This document shows positions 30,511-41,415 of a stretch of 64,000 bases of DNA, one piece after another (position 1 is the first letter of the stretch; every line of letters begins with the position of its first letter). Position numbers and translations under genes: made by a program. The notes below the pieces were generated by a model, which worked only from the letters and a program-made list of their open reading frames with translations, had not been told where the DNA came from and made no database searches. The DNA is from an uncultured Gemmatimonadales bacterium. Lineage in GTDB: Bacteria; Gemmatimonadota; Gemmatimonadetes; Gemmatimonadales; Gemmatimonadaceae. The stretch covers positions 4,928,001 through 4,992,000 of the forward strand of contig OY969695.1 in NCBI GenBank assembly GCA_963701965.1. The letters are read 5' to 3'.

Positions 30511-33314
30511 ATGTACTTGCGCGCGTTGTTCCAGTACGGTGCCCTCGTGTCGCTCGGATTCATGTCGGCGCCCGCATCGCGGGATCCGGCGCTGACGGTT
30601 GGCACGCTGCCGAACGGGCTCCGATACTACCTGCGCCCCAACCACCTACCGGCGCACCGGGTGGAGCTGCGTCTCGTAGTCAATGCGGGCAGTGAGCTGG
30701 AAGATCGCGACCAGCAAGGGTTCGCGCACTTCCTCGAGCACATGGCGTTCGAAGGCACGACGCATTTCCCGGGGCATGCGTTGCTCGATTTCATCGAGAC
30801 GAGCGGGATGCGATTCGGGGCCGATCTGAACGCAATGACCACGCCGGACGAGACGATCTACACGCTGACGCTGCCGTCGGATGACCCGCACATCGTCGAG
30901 CGAGGCTTCCAAGTGCTGGAGGATTGGGCGGGGGGCGGGATCCTCATCGACTCGGCCGCCGTCGTTGGGGAGCGCGGGATCATCATGGGGGAGTGGCGCT
31001 CCCGATTACCGGATTCGGCCAGCCGGACCGTGCAGGCGCACTACGACACGCTGTATTTGGGCCATTCGCGCTATCTGTCGCGGAAGCCGATCGGGGATAC
31101 GGCGCTTATCCAACACGCCACGCCGGGGCCGATCCGGCGTTTTTATCGGGACTGGTACCGGCCCGAGCGCATGACCGTCGTGGTCGTGGGCAATGTCGAT
31201 GCGTCGGCTATAGAGCGGGAGATCCGTCAGAACTTCGGTGGCATTAAGGCGGCCGCGCCGGCGCGTCAACCGCCGGCGGTGGGGCTCCCATCGCGGCCAT
31301 CGCCCGAGATCGACGTGTATCGAGGGAAGGTGGAGCCCGAGGTGGAGCTGCAGTGGCCGCTGGCCACGACGCCCCCGGACGCGCTGGCTGCGGTCAAGCA
31401 GCAGATCCTACATGACATCATCGCCTCCACCGTCACGACGCGCCTCCTCGATATCCGCACCCACCCCTCACGCCCGTTCATTAGCGCTGATTTGGATCAA
31501 GGGCGCCTCATCCGCCCGATCGCCATCGAGGCGCTCTCGGTCATCACGTGGCCTGATAGTCTGGAGCGCGGCTTCGGGGCCGTGTACACGGTGCTAGAGG
31601 GCATCGCCCAACACGGCATCCCGGCGGCCAGTCTCGCCCACGAGAAGGCGGTGCTCCTGGCGCGCCTGGAGCACGCGGCATCGGGCGAGATGGGCCGGTC
31701 GTCGGCCGCCTATGCGGACGCCTACGTCGATCATGCGCTGACTGGCGAGGGATCGCTCCTGAGCGCCGCGCAAGAGCTGGGCTATGCGCGGCCGGTCCTG
31801 GCCGCGCTGACCCCCGACGACCTGGCGCACGTCGTCCGCCAATGGCTGGATCCCGCGCGATCGCGCCTCGTCATCCGGCTGCCGCTGACGGCGCACGTGG
31901 CCACCCCGACCCGGGCCCGGATGCTCGCCCTGATCGACTCGCTCGCCCGCACGCCGCTCCCGCCTGATAGCGATCGCGCCGCCTCCGGCGGACCGCTGCT
32001 CGCGACCCAGCCGACGCCGGGGCGGATCGTCGGGGAGCGATACGATAGCGCGGCGGGGATCACCGAGTGGACGCTGTCCAACGGCGCCCGGGTGATCCTC
32101 AAACCGACGCAAAACGATCCGGACGACGTGCAGATGCGGGCCTGGAGTCCCGGCGGGTTCTCCCTGATGCCCGACTCGCTGTTCTTCACCCCGGGCCGGA
32201 TGGTCGGGACGCGTGATGACGGACGTTGGGGGACTCGGCGCGACGACGCACAATGTGCTGGAGCGCCAGCTCTCCACGACCGGGCTGCGCGACATGCGAG
32301 TCAACATCGGCTACGCCGATCAGACCATCCGGGTCGCTGGCTCGCCCAAGGAACTGGAGCTGCTCTTCCAGAATGCTGCACCTCCAGCTCACCGCACCGC
32401 TCATCGACACCGCAGCGCTGTCGGGGTGGAAGAGTCTGGCCAAGTGGCAGTTGACGGGGACGTCGATCGACGACCAGCTGAGTCGGCAGCTCGCCCTGAA
32501 CGATCCCCGGTTGCAGCCGGTGTCGACGAGCATCGCCGAGCTGGCCACGGTCGCCAATCTCATGGCTGCCTATCGGAACCGCTTCGGGAACCCGGCGGGG
32601 TTCACGTTCACCATCGTCGGCGCGGTGAGCCCAGAGGAAGCGCGCCCGTTGGTGGAACGGTACGTGGCCAGCCTGCCAGGCACGGGGACGACCGAGCCCG
32701 CGAAAGCCACGCATGAGCACTACGTGTCGCTCAACCGGGTGAAGGAGATCCTCCACGAGACGGAGCCGGAGAAGGCGGTGACGTTCCTGGTGTTCGACGG
32801 CCTGTTCCCGCCGGCGCCGCAAGACTACCTGCGGGAGCGGCAGCGGCTCTCGGCGCTGACCCATGTGTTGGACGAGCGGTTGCGCACGAGACTCCGGCAA
32901 GAGTTGAGCGGCACGTACTCGCCGTTCACCACCAGCGAGACGTACGCGTTGCCGGAGGAGCGGTACCGGGTGCTGATCGCGTTCGACGCGGCACCGGCGC
33001 GGATGTATGAGTTGAACTGGGCCATGATGCAGGTGGTGGACTCGCTGCGGACGCACGGGGTGAGCGAGGCCGAAGCGACGCGGGCGGCGACGGTGCAGCG
33101 GCGGCAGCTGGAGACGCGGCTCCAGGACAACAATTACTGGATGGGGACGATCGGAACGTATGTCCGTCTGGGGATCCCGCTGGACGCGGTCCCGGCGCCG
33201 TACGGCGATCATGCGGTGACCGCGGAGGAGATCCGCGAGGCCGCCCAGCACTATCTCCCCGCCGATGCCTATTACCGCCTCACCCTCGTGCCCGCGGACT
33301 CCACCTCGCAATAG
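30511..33314 (+). CDS. M16-family zinc protease, copy 2 (apparent +1 frameshifts at ~32209 and ~32372)
   Basis: HFLEH motif; three consecutive ORF pieces rebuild a protein colinear with copy 1. Confidence 0.85.
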
Positions 33315-33387
33315 GGGTATCGCGCCCCTCGCGAGTCATCATCACGGGGACGATCAGCGGTCCCCGTTATCCCACTCTCCGAGGCCC

Positions 33388-33786
33388 ATGGTGCGCTCCA
33401 CTCTCATTCCTCTCGCCGCGCTGTCTCTGTCGCTCGCCGCTTGCGCCACCGGCTCGCACGGGTCGGCGGCCGACCCCGCTCCCGCTCCCGCCGCGACGTC
33501 CAGCGATCAGTCGCAGCTCACGAGTGGCGAGATCACGGCCGCCAACCTGCCGACCGCGTACGACCTGGTCGATCGCCTGCGCCGCCCATGGCTGCGACGC
33601 GATGCGACAACGGGCGGGGACGTCGTGGTCTACCAGGACGACCGGAATATCGGGACGGCCGAAAAGCTGCGCGACATCCCCGCCGCCACTGTAAGCGCGA
33701 TGCGCTATCTGGCGAACGCCAATGCCGTCCGGCGCTACGGGAATGACGTCAAAGGTGGCGTCATCGTCGTCGTCGTTCGACGGTGA
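33388..33786 (+). CDS. Small lipoprotein resembling a stand-alone TonB-receptor plug-like domain
   Basis: Lipobox LAAC; TAYDLVDRLRRPWL...LRDIPAATVSAMRYL...RYG...GGVIVV resembles plug-domain motifs. Confidence 0.6.
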   Translation: MVRSTLIPLAALSLSLAACATGSHGSAADPAPAPAATSSDQSQLTSGEITAANLPTAYDLVDRLRRPWLRRDATTGGDVVVYQDDRNIGTAEKLRDIPAATVSAMRYLANANAVRRYGNDVKGGVIVVVVRR

Positions 33787-33800
33787 GGGCAGGGTTGATC

Positions 33801-34799
33801 ATGCAATCCCGGAGCCGTGACGGTCTCCTCGAGGCCGCGGCACGGCTCCGTTCCGAAGTCGCCAAACGGATCGTGGGGCAGGAGCGGGTGGTCGAGGAAG
33901 TGCTCATGGCGATGTTGGCGGGGGGGCACGCGCTCCTCGTCGGCGTCCCGGGGCTGGCCAAGACGCTCATGATTCACTCGATCGCGGAAGCCATGCGCCT
34001 CGACTTCCGGCGGATCCAGTTCACGCCGGACTTGGTCCCCTCGGACATCACCGGCACGGAGATCCTCGAAGAGGACGCGAGTGGCACTCGCTCGTTCCGC
34101 TTCGTCCGGGGCCCGGTATTCGCCAATATCGTCCTGGCCGACGAGATCAACCGCACGCCCCCCCGCACGCAGGCCGCGCTGCTCGAGGCCATGCAGGAAC
34201 GCCGTGTGACCGCGGCCGGGGAGACGATGCCGCTCCCGCGGCCGTTCTTCGTCCTGGCGACCCAAAACCCGATCGAGCAAGAGGGGACCTACCCGCTGCC
34301 CGAGGCGCAGCTCGACCGGTTCCTGTTCGACATCCGGATCGGGTATCCGACGCGGGCCGAAGAGGTGGGGATCCTGCGCGCGACCACGGCGGTCGACACG
34401 ACGGAGCTCAAACCCGTCCTGGACGCCGAGGAGACGCTCGCCCTGCAGCTAGCGGTGCGCCAGATCCCGGCGGCGGATCCGGCGCTCGAATATGCGGCCT
34501 CGCTGGCGAGGGCCACGCGGCCGGATGATCCCGAGGCACCGCCCATTGTCAAGAAGCATGTGCGATGGGGCGCCGGGCCGAGAGCCGGACAAGCACTCAT
34601 CCTCGGCGCCAAAGCCCACGCGCTGCTGCAGGGGCGCCATGCGGTCTCACCCGAAGACATTCGTCGGGTGGTACATCCGGTGCTGCGGCATCGCGTACTG
34701 GTCAACTTCGCGGCCGAAGCGGAGGGTGTCACCACCGAACAGGTCGTGACCGCGCTGTTGGCGCACGTGCCACCGCCGTCGAGCGGCCTGTCGCTCTAG
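33801..34799 (+). CDS. moxR: MoxR-family AAA+ ATPase
   Basis: GVPGLAKT, RIQFTPDLVPSDITG, LADEINR, ATQNPIEQEGTYPLPEAQLDRF. Confidence 0.95.
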   Translation: MQSRSRDGLLEAAARLRSEVAKRIVGQERVVEEVLMAMLAGGHALLVGVPGLAKTLMIHSIAEAMRLDFRRIQFTPDLVPSDITGTEILEEDASGTRSFRFVRGPVFANIVLADEINRTPPRTQAALLEAMQERRVTAAGETMPLPRPFFVLATQNPIEQEGTYPLPEAQLDRFLFDIRIGYPTRAEEVGILRATTAVDTTELKPVLDAEETLALQLAVRQIPAADPALEYAASLARATRPDDPEAPPIVKKHVRWGAGPRAGQALILGAKAHALLQGRHAVSPEDIRRVVHPVLRHRVLVNFAAEAEGVTTEQVVTALLAHVPPPSSGLSL

Positions 34800-34812
34800 C
34801 GGCGCGCCGGGC

Positions 34813-35703
34813 ATGTCGTACGCGACGTTCGCGCCGGTGCTGGATGCGATTCGCGGGCTGAGTTGGCCCGCGCGACGGCGGGCCAAGAGCGCCATGGCCG
34901 GGCCGCACATCTCGCGGACCCGGGGAACGACCGCGGAGGTCATCGAGTACCGCCCGTACCGCCAAGGGGACGACCCCAAGCGCATCGACTGGAAACTGGT
35001 TGCGCGTACCGATCGCGTGTACATCCGCCTCTCGGAGGAGCGGACGATCGTTCCGACGATGGTGGTGCTCGACGCCAGTGCCTCAATGGCGTTTCCGGCA
35101 CCGGCAAACGACAAGTGGGAGTTTGCCCGGATCCTGGGGATCGGACTCGCGGAGACCGCGCGCAGAAACGGGGATCCGGTCGGGATGATGGTGGTGCACG
35201 CGGATGGCACGCGCAGCGTGCCACCGCGATCCCGGCGGACGGTGCTGGAGGAGATGATGCACGCGGTCGCCATCGATCCCGCGGGATCGAGTCCCTTGCA
35301 CCCCGCGGTGACCGCGGCCACGCGGCACTGCGCGCGCCTCGTGATCATCGCCGACTTTCTGGGTGACGCGGACTCGGTCATCACGGCGGCCCGTGGGTTC
35401 CTGGCCGGGGGCGGGGACGTATACGCCGTGCACGTCGTGGACGGCGCGGAACTGGATCCGGATCCCAAGCATCGACTGCTCACCGATCCGGAGTTGCCGG
35501 ACCTGCGCCGGCCCATGCCGCCCCGGGCACGCGCCGAGTATATCCGGCGGTTTGCCGAGTGGCGCGATACGCTGGCGGCGGAGTGGAGGCATGCCGGGGC
35601 CACGTACACGATGGTTGTCCCTGGCGCCGAACCCATTCGTGGGACGATCCGCCGGCTCATCACGCCCGCCATCTCATCCGGCGCTGCGCGCATCCGCCCC
35701 TGA
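34813..35703 (+). CDS. DUF58-family protein
   Basis: EYRPYRQGDDPKRIDWK and VLDASASM; follows moxR. Confidence 0.9.
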   Translation: MSYATFAPVLDAIRGLSWPARRRAKSAMAGPHISRTRGTTAEVIEYRPYRQGDDPKRIDWKLVARTDRVYIRLSEERTIVPTMVVLDASASMAFPAPANDKWEFARILGIGLAETARRNGDPVGMMVVHADGTRSVPPRSRRTVLEEMMHAVAIDPAGSSPLHPAVTAATRHCARLVIIADFLGDADSVITAARGFLAGGGDVYAVHVVDGAELDPDPKHRLLTDPELPDLRRPMPPRARAEYIRRFAEWRDTLAAEWRHAGATYTMVVPGAEPIRGTIRRLITPAISSGAARIRP

Positions 35704-36959
35704 CGTTCCTCGCCCCGGTCTTCTTCGTCGCCGGTCTCGGCGTCGCCGCGCTGGCGTTGGCGCTGCACTTCATCGTCACGCGCCAGCCGACGTCCAGTGT
35801 GTTTCCCACTGTGCGATTCGTACCGATCGACTCGGTGCGGATCACGACGATCGCGGCCCCGGAAGACCTGCTAGTGCTCCTGGTGCGGGCGCTGACCGCG
35901 ATCCTGATCGGCGCGGCTCTGGCGCGACCTATTGTGACGCCCTCGCGGCGCCCGGTCGCCCGGATCGTCCTCGCCAATGCGTCGAGCGCGACCCGGAACA
36001 TCGCGGAGCTGCGCGACTCCGTGCGGGCGCTCCTCGCTCCTGGCGACGTGCTGGTGCCGTTCGACAGCGCCGCGCACGCCATACGGCGTGCGGCGGCGGA
36101 TTCGGCGCCGAGGCTCACGCAGTCGGACCGTGATGGTCGCCTGTCGCCGGCGCTGATCGCAGCGCTGCGCGCCGCGTCCGCGATCCGGCATGAGGCCGAC
36201 TCGATCGAGCTGATCATTGTCTCGCCGCTGCTCGCTCGGGAGATCGATGGGGCAACGGCCGGGATTCGGGCGCTGTGGCCGGGTCGCGTGCGCCTCGTGC
36301 GCGTGGCGGCGGATCGCGACTCCAGCGGAATGTCCCAAGGGCTGACCGTCATCGCTGACGGCAATGACGCGGTGCGGGTCGCGGCCGTGGCGGCAGGGAT
36401 GGCGACGACGGACACCGGTGTCCGCATCGCGCGGGGAGTCGCGGTGGCGAGTGATAGTGTGTGGGCCGCCCAAGGCCGGCGGACACTCGTGCGATGGCCC
36501 GTGCGCGATGCGCCGCCGGGCTGGGTGTCGCGGCGCGTCGTGGACACCGTGGGTGCGGTCGTCGCCGGAGAGGCGGCGCTCGTCTTCCCGTTCGAGCGGC
36601 GGTGGCGGCCAAACCCGACGATGCGCGTGGTCGCGCGCTGGGTGGACGGGGAGCCGGCCGCCATCGAGCAACGCGTTGGTCTGGGGTGCATGCGGGATGT
36701 TGCGATTCCCGTGCCGACGCGGGGGGATCTGGTGCTGCGGCCGGCCTTTGGTCGCTTTCTCCGCGCGCTCGCCGCGCCCTGTCGCGCCGCGTCGCGCGGG
36801 CTCACCGTGGGGCCGGAGCAGCTCGGGTTGCTCAGCGGCGGCGGAAGACTGGCGGCGAGCCGCACGATTCCCGCGCCCGACGTGGTGGCGACGCCGCTCG
36901 TGCCCTGGCTCCTGGCTGCAGCACTCTTCATGGCCTTGCTGGAGATCTTCATCCGGTGA
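35700..36959 (+). CDS. BatA-domain membrane protein
   Basis: xTFLAPVFF...LHF...VFPTVRF...LLVRAL...ALARP N-terminal double-TM pattern; apparent CTG start. Confidence 0.75.
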   Translation: MTFLAPVFFVAGLGVAALALALHFIVTRQPTSSVFPTVRFVPIDSVRITTIAAPEDLLVLLVRALTAILIGAALARPIVTPSRRPVARIVLANASSATRNIAELRDSVRALLAPGDVLVPFDSAAHAIRRAAADSAPRLTQSDRDGRLSPALIAALRAASAIRHEADSIELIIVSPLLAREIDGATAGIRALWPGRVRLVRVAADRDSSGMSQGLTVIADGNDAVRVAAVAAGMATTDTGVRIARGVAVASDSVWAAQGRRTLVRWPVRDAPPGWVSRRVVDTVGAVVAGEAALVFPFERRWRPNPTMRVVARWVDGEPAAIEQRVGLGCMRDVAIPVPTRGDLVLRPAFGRFLRALAAPCRAASRGLTVGPEQLGLLSGGGRLAASRTIPAPDVVATPLVPWLLAAALFMALLEIFIR

Positions 36960-38874
36960 CGCTCGCGGGTCGCGTGCGGCGAGCGCGCCAGCGGCTCGTG
37001 GGCGCCGTGCTCGTGGCGGCCGTGCTCTGGCCGTCTCGGGCGCGATCGTCGTCATCCTCGTCGCCGCCAGCGCGAACGCGATGGGGTGGCCTATCCCATC
37101 CGACGGGATCGTCCCGATCGCCGTCGGGGCGGCACTGGTGGCGGCCGCCGTCGTCCTGTGGCGCGGGCGCGCCGCGCGGTCGGTCGAGCGCGTCGCGCTG
37201 TGGATCGAGGAGCGAGATCCGCGACTCCAGTATGCGCTCATCACGGGGATCGACGCGGGGCTCGCGCCGGTCGACCAACACGCCGAGCTCCATGCGGCGG
37301 CCGACAAGGCGGATATCGAAGGCGTCGTTGGGCGCGCGGCAAGGCGTCTGCTCGCGCGCGCCGGCGCGGCATGCGTGCTGTCGCTGATTGCCTTAGGTCT
37401 CGCGTGGCCCCGCGCCCTGTTCAAGGCCACGTCGGCGCGTCGCCCGACGACGGGCGCCGAGATCGCCAACAGACTCACCAGGGTCACGGCGCGCGTCGTG
37501 CCTCCGGCGTACAGCCGATTGCCCGACCACACGATCGCCGAACCGAGCAATGTCGAGGCACTGATCGGAAGCGCCGTCATGCTGACGGGGAGGGGGACGG
37601 CCGACGGCGTGATGGCCAACGTAGACGGTTTGTCCAAGGACGCTCAGGCCGACCATGGCGGGTGGACCATTGGGGTCACCATGCCCAAGGCCCCCGCGGT
37701 CCTCGAACTGCGCGACCGGAATTTCAAGCGCCTGGTGGCGCTACAGCCGGTCGTGGACTCGGCGCCCGTCGTGAAACTCGCCCTGCCGCTGCACGACACC
37801 ACGTATCAGACCGTGCCCAGAGGGAAGCTCGCCGTGGAGGCCGGGCTCACCGACGACGTCGGGCTCGCGTACGGGTACGTCGAGTACATGCTATCGACCG
37901 GCTCGGAAGAGAACTTCGAGACCGAGCAGGTCACTGGGCGAAAGGTCGCCTACGACAATGCGCGACAGGGAACACTCCGCGAGTCGATCGATCTCGACAC
38001 ATTAGGGCTCAAACCCGGCAGTGTCCTCCATATTCGTGTCGTGGCGTTCGACTACAACAATGTGACCGGGCCGGGGAAGGGCGTCTCGGAGACGCGCACC
38101 CTCCGCATCGCCGAGCCGGTCGACTCGGCGTCGATCAACGCGGCGCCGCCGTTGCCCATCGACTCAATGTGGATCAGCCAGCGGCTGCTGAACATGAAGA
38201 CCGACACCCTGATCCAGCATCGGCGCGTGCTCCAGCAGCCAGCCCTCGTGCACACGTCGACTGCGTACAGCAACGCGCAGGAGGACATCCGGCAACGCGC
38301 ATTGCTGGTCATCGCCGAGCTCGAGGACAACGGCGTGGGAGGTTCCTTCGCGACCGATGCCAGCAAGATGCTGCGCACTGCCGTGGACCTCATGTGGACG
38401 GCCCGCGAGGACCTCGCCGTGACGCACCCCGACTCGGCCATGCCGCCCATGAAGAAGATCCTGGCGATTCTCGACGAGTTGCGCCTCGCGCACCGGTACT
38501 ACCTGCGCGGACTCCTGCGACCCGTCGCCGTCAACACCGAACGCGTGCGCATGACCGGGAAGGACAGCGTCGCCATCGGCACCCGCACTGCAAGAATGCC
38601 AATCGGCAATGTAAACGCATCCCTGGCGGCCCGCATCGCCGCGGCGGCGGCACTGGCGCACCGCACGCCCGCCGCGGCCGCCGACTCGCTCACCTTCATT
38701 CGCGTGGCCGCGCTGTCGACCGCGCCAACCGTCGGGAACGCGCTGGGCCTGGCGATCGATCGGCTGCGCCGGGGCGAAGCGGCCGACAGCGCGTTGACTC
38801 AGGTGCGGCGTGCGCTCGCGCCGCGGGCGAGCGTCGTCGGCGCCCGAGCGCCGTGGGGCGGCGTCGTCCCATGA
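36956..38874 (+). CDS. Membrane-anchored protein of the MoxR operon, DUF4175-like (apparent -1 frameshift at ~37030)
   Basis: GTGA overlap start; TM helices; VVPPAYSRLP, DSAPVV, DDVGL and GPGKGVSETR motifs. Confidence 0.65.
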
Positions 38875-39482
38875 GTCAGTTCGTGTTCGCCACCGCGGAG
38901 TATGCCTCGGGTGACTGGGAAAGCGCGCCGTCGCTTCCCGAAGCGGTCATCAATGCCGTGGCCAAGTACACGACGATTGACGTCGCGCCCGTCGGTGTGG
39001 TGGTCAAGATCTCGTCCCAAGATCTGTTCAATTACCCGTTCGTGTGGTTGACCGGGCATCTCCCGGTGCGATTCACGGATCAGGAGCGGCGAAACATCAA
39101 GCGGTTCGTGGAACGCGGCGGGCTGATCATGATCGACGACCACAATCACGACATCACGGGCGTGTTCCACAAGACCGCCACCGAGGAGATCGAGCGCATG
39201 TTCGGCAAGATGACCCGGTTGCCGAAGACGCATGAGCTCTATCGCTGCTTCTTCGAGTTCCCGGACGGTCCGCCGAACACGCACCACGAGCTCAATGGGT
39301 ATGGCGACGACCTGCTGCACGCGTACCTCGACGCGGTACTCGTGCGCGATCGCATTGGGCTTATCTACAGCAGCAAAGACTACAGCTCCGAATGGAACTT
39401 CCACGCGGAGACGAAAAAGTTCATGCAGCAGGATCCCACGAAGTTCGCGGTGAATCTGATCGTATATGCGCTCACGCGCTGA
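38871..39482 (+). CDS. DUF4159-family protein
   Basis: SGDW, YPFVWLTGH, FVERGGLIMIDD, SKDYSSEW, FAVNLIVYALT. Confidence 0.85.
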   Translation: MSQFVFATAEYASGDWESAPSLPEAVINAVAKYTTIDVAPVGVVVKISSQDLFNYPFVWLTGHLPVRFTDQERRNIKRFVERGGLIMIDDHNHDITGVFHKTATEEIERMFGKMTRLPKTHELYRCFFEFPDGPPNTHHELNGYGDDLLHAYLDAVLVRDRIGLIYSSKDYSSEWNFHAETKKFMQQDPTKFAVNLIVYALTR

Positions 39483-40725
39483 GCACCTCCTGCGAATCGT
39501 GGCGATCGGGACGCTCGCCTGGTATCTCGCCTACGTGCTGCGGGAGCGCCGGCGGGGTGTCGACGAGGCGGCCGCGTCGGCCGGCCTGCATGCAGCGCTC
39601 GCGCGCTGGAGCACCGTGACGGCCCCCGCGCGGGTGCACGTCGACTTGGCGCACCCGCCCGATGGACAGGAACGCGACTGGCTCGCGGCCTTGGGCGGTG
39701 CCGGTACGGAAGTCGGGTGGAGTGGGACGACGCTGGCGCCGACGGCCATCGAGGAGGAGCCCCGGGCGGACCCGGCGCGGAGCGTTGACGTCGGAGTGGC
39801 GGCGCCGCAGGGCGCGATGGTGACGCTCTCCGATACGCTCGGCGTGCTTGACAGCGCGCGAGCCAGCGCCACGGGCGTGTCAGCGCATGTGCCGGGATCT
39901 CCTCCCAGGGTCGACGTCCGGGTAGGACCCGTCGTCGCCCGCGCCGCGCTGCACGATTCGCTTGCGCTACGGGAACTACTCGTGCTGGGCGCCGCGACCT
40001 GGGAGACCAAGTTCACCGTGGCAGCGCTCGAGGAACGCGGCTGGAAAGTCGACGCGCAGGTCGCGCTCTCGCCGAAACGTACGGTGCGCCAAGGAGCGAT
40101 TCCCGAGATCGACACGGCGCGATATTCGGCGGTGCTGGCGATCGACAGCACGGCGGTCCCGTACCGGGACCGCATCGTGCGCTTCGTACGCTCCGGTGGG
40201 GGCCTGGTGCTGTGGTCGCAAGCGGCAACGGCGTTCGCGGCGATCGCGCCAGGGCTGGGTGGGACGCTAGTAGAAGATGATGGGGCGGCTCCAGCCGACA
40301 GCGCTCCCCGCCGCGCGGTCGGTCTGATGCCCATCGTGGGACTGGCATCGGACGACGTGGTCACCGAGCGCCGAGGCGATTTGGTGAGCGTCGCGGCCCG
40401 ACGGGTTGGCTTGGGCCGAGTGATCGAGACCGGCTATACGACGTCCTGGCAATGGCGGATGGCAGGCGGAGACGATGCGCCCGACCGGCATCGGGCCTGG
40501 CTGGCCGGTCTCGTAGCCGGCGTGGCGTACACGGGTCGGTCGGCCATCGCGGCGGCGCCCACGGACGTCGCGCCCCTCGCCTCGCTCATCGATCACCTCG
40601 GCCCGGCGTCGATCGGCCACGGTGGGATGGATACTCCCGACCATCTGGCGTGGTGGGTGCTTGGGATCCTCGCCGTAGCGCTCGTGGTCGAGTGGGCATC
40701 GCGACGCATGCGTGGCGTGAAATAA
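39466..40725 (+). CDS. Hypothetical membrane protein of the MoxR operon
   Basis: N- and C-terminal TM helices; WETKF, FVRSGGGLVL and EWASRRMRG motifs typical of these operons. Confidence 0.7.
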   Translation: MRSRAEHLLRIVAIGTLAWYLAYVLRERRRGVDEAAASAGLHAALARWSTVTAPARVHVDLAHPPDGQERDWLAALGGAGTEVGWSGTTLAPTAIEEEPRADPARSVDVGVAAPQGAMVTLSDTLGVLDSARASATGVSAHVPGSPPRVDVRVGPVVARAALHDSLALRELLVLGAATWETKFTVAALEERGWKVDAQVALSPKRTVRQGAIPEIDTARYSAVLAIDSTAVPYRDRIVRFVRSGGGLVLWSQAATAFAAIAPGLGGTLVEDDGAAPADSAPRRAVGLMPIVGLASDDVVTERRGDLVSVAARRVGLGRVIETGYTTSWQWRMAGGDDAPDRHRAWLAGLVAGVAYTGRSAIAAAPTDVAPLASLIDHLGPASIGHGGMDTPDHLAWWVLGILAVALVVEWASRRMRGVK

Positions 40726-40749
40726 ATGCCTGGTCGCATCATACAGGAT

Positions 40750-41376
40750 ATGAGCGCCGACTCTCCCGTCCTGCAAGGCAGGCATGTTCGCCTCGAGCCG
40801 CTCGAGCGTCGTCACGTGGACGGCCTGGTCGCCGCCTCGACCGGCGATCCGAGCTTCTACCGCTGGAGTCCTGTGCCATCTGGCGTGGATCAGGCGACGA
40901 TCTACGTCGACGCCGCCCTGAACCAGCGGAGCGCCGGCACTGGACTCCCATTCGCCATCATCCGCGCGAGCGATGATGTCGTCATCGGCTGCTCGCGCTT
41001 CTTCGAGATCGAGCGCTGGGCCTGGCCGGAGGGGCATCCGTCCCATCGCCGGAACGGACCGGATGCCTGTGAGATCGGATACACGTGGTTCACGCACTCG
41101 GCAATCCGGACCGGCGCCAACACCGAGGCGAAATTCCTCATGTTGACGTACGCGTTCGAGACGTGGCGCGTCCTCAGGGTCTGTTTCCATACGGACGTCC
41201 GGAACGAACGCTCCCGCGCGGCACTCGAGCGCATTGGCGGACGCTTCGAGGGGATCCTGCGTTCGCATCGGATGGCGGCGGACTACATCGCGCGCGATTC
41301 GGCGCGATTCTCGATCGTGGCGTCGGAGTGGGCGGCGGTCAAGGAGCGACTGGAAGGGCTGATGCGCGCGCAGTAG
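40750..41376 (+). CDS. GNAT acetyltransferase (RimJ/RimL-like)
   Basis: EIGYTW, RTGANTEAKFLMLTYAFE, NERSRAALERIGGRFEGILR. Confidence 0.9.
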   Translation: MSADSPVLQGRHVRLEPLERRHVDGLVAASTGDPSFYRWSPVPSGVDQATIYVDAALNQRSAGTGLPFAIIRASDDVVIGCSRFFEIERWAWPEGHPSHRRNGPDACEIGYTWFTHSAIRTGANTEAKFLMLTYAFETWRVLRVCFHTDVRNERSRAALERIGGRFEGILRSHRMAADYIARDSARFSIVASEWAAVKERLEGLMRAQ

Positions 41377-41380
41377 CAAA

Positions 41381-41409
41381 TAGGGGAAACCGGCCCGTCG
41401 TCGGTCTAT
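41381..41409 (+). promoter_or_regulatory. Putative ECF promoter upstream of the P450 gene
   Basis: TAGGGG(AAAC)-N17-GTCTAT, ending 6 nt before the GTG. Confidence 0.5.
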
Positions 41410-41415
41410 CCATAC

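Larger units (their letters stand above)
3194..33314 (+). repeat. Tandem duplication of a ~15-kb nine-gene locus (3.2-18.2 kb and 18.2-33.3 kb)
   Basis: Same gene order; direct nucleotide similarity from SusC to the end of M16 at offsets of ~15.1 kb (e.g. 13651-13950 vs 28801-29100). Confidence 0.95.

Noticed and set aside
12519..33314. Reciprocal pseudogenisation (each gene intact in at least one copy)
   Set aside because: The pattern is real in this sequence, but the same single-base indels hit pgk and other single-copy genes, cluster on one motif, and no in-frame stops or decay accompany them. Sequencing error is more likely; needs read-level checking.
3194..33314. RiPP biosynthetic cluster (TldD/E as leader peptidase)
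   Set aside because: No precursor peptide, YcaO, radical SAM, lanthipeptide synthetase or exporter found; genes abut with no room for a precursor, and TldD lacks its catalytic motif.
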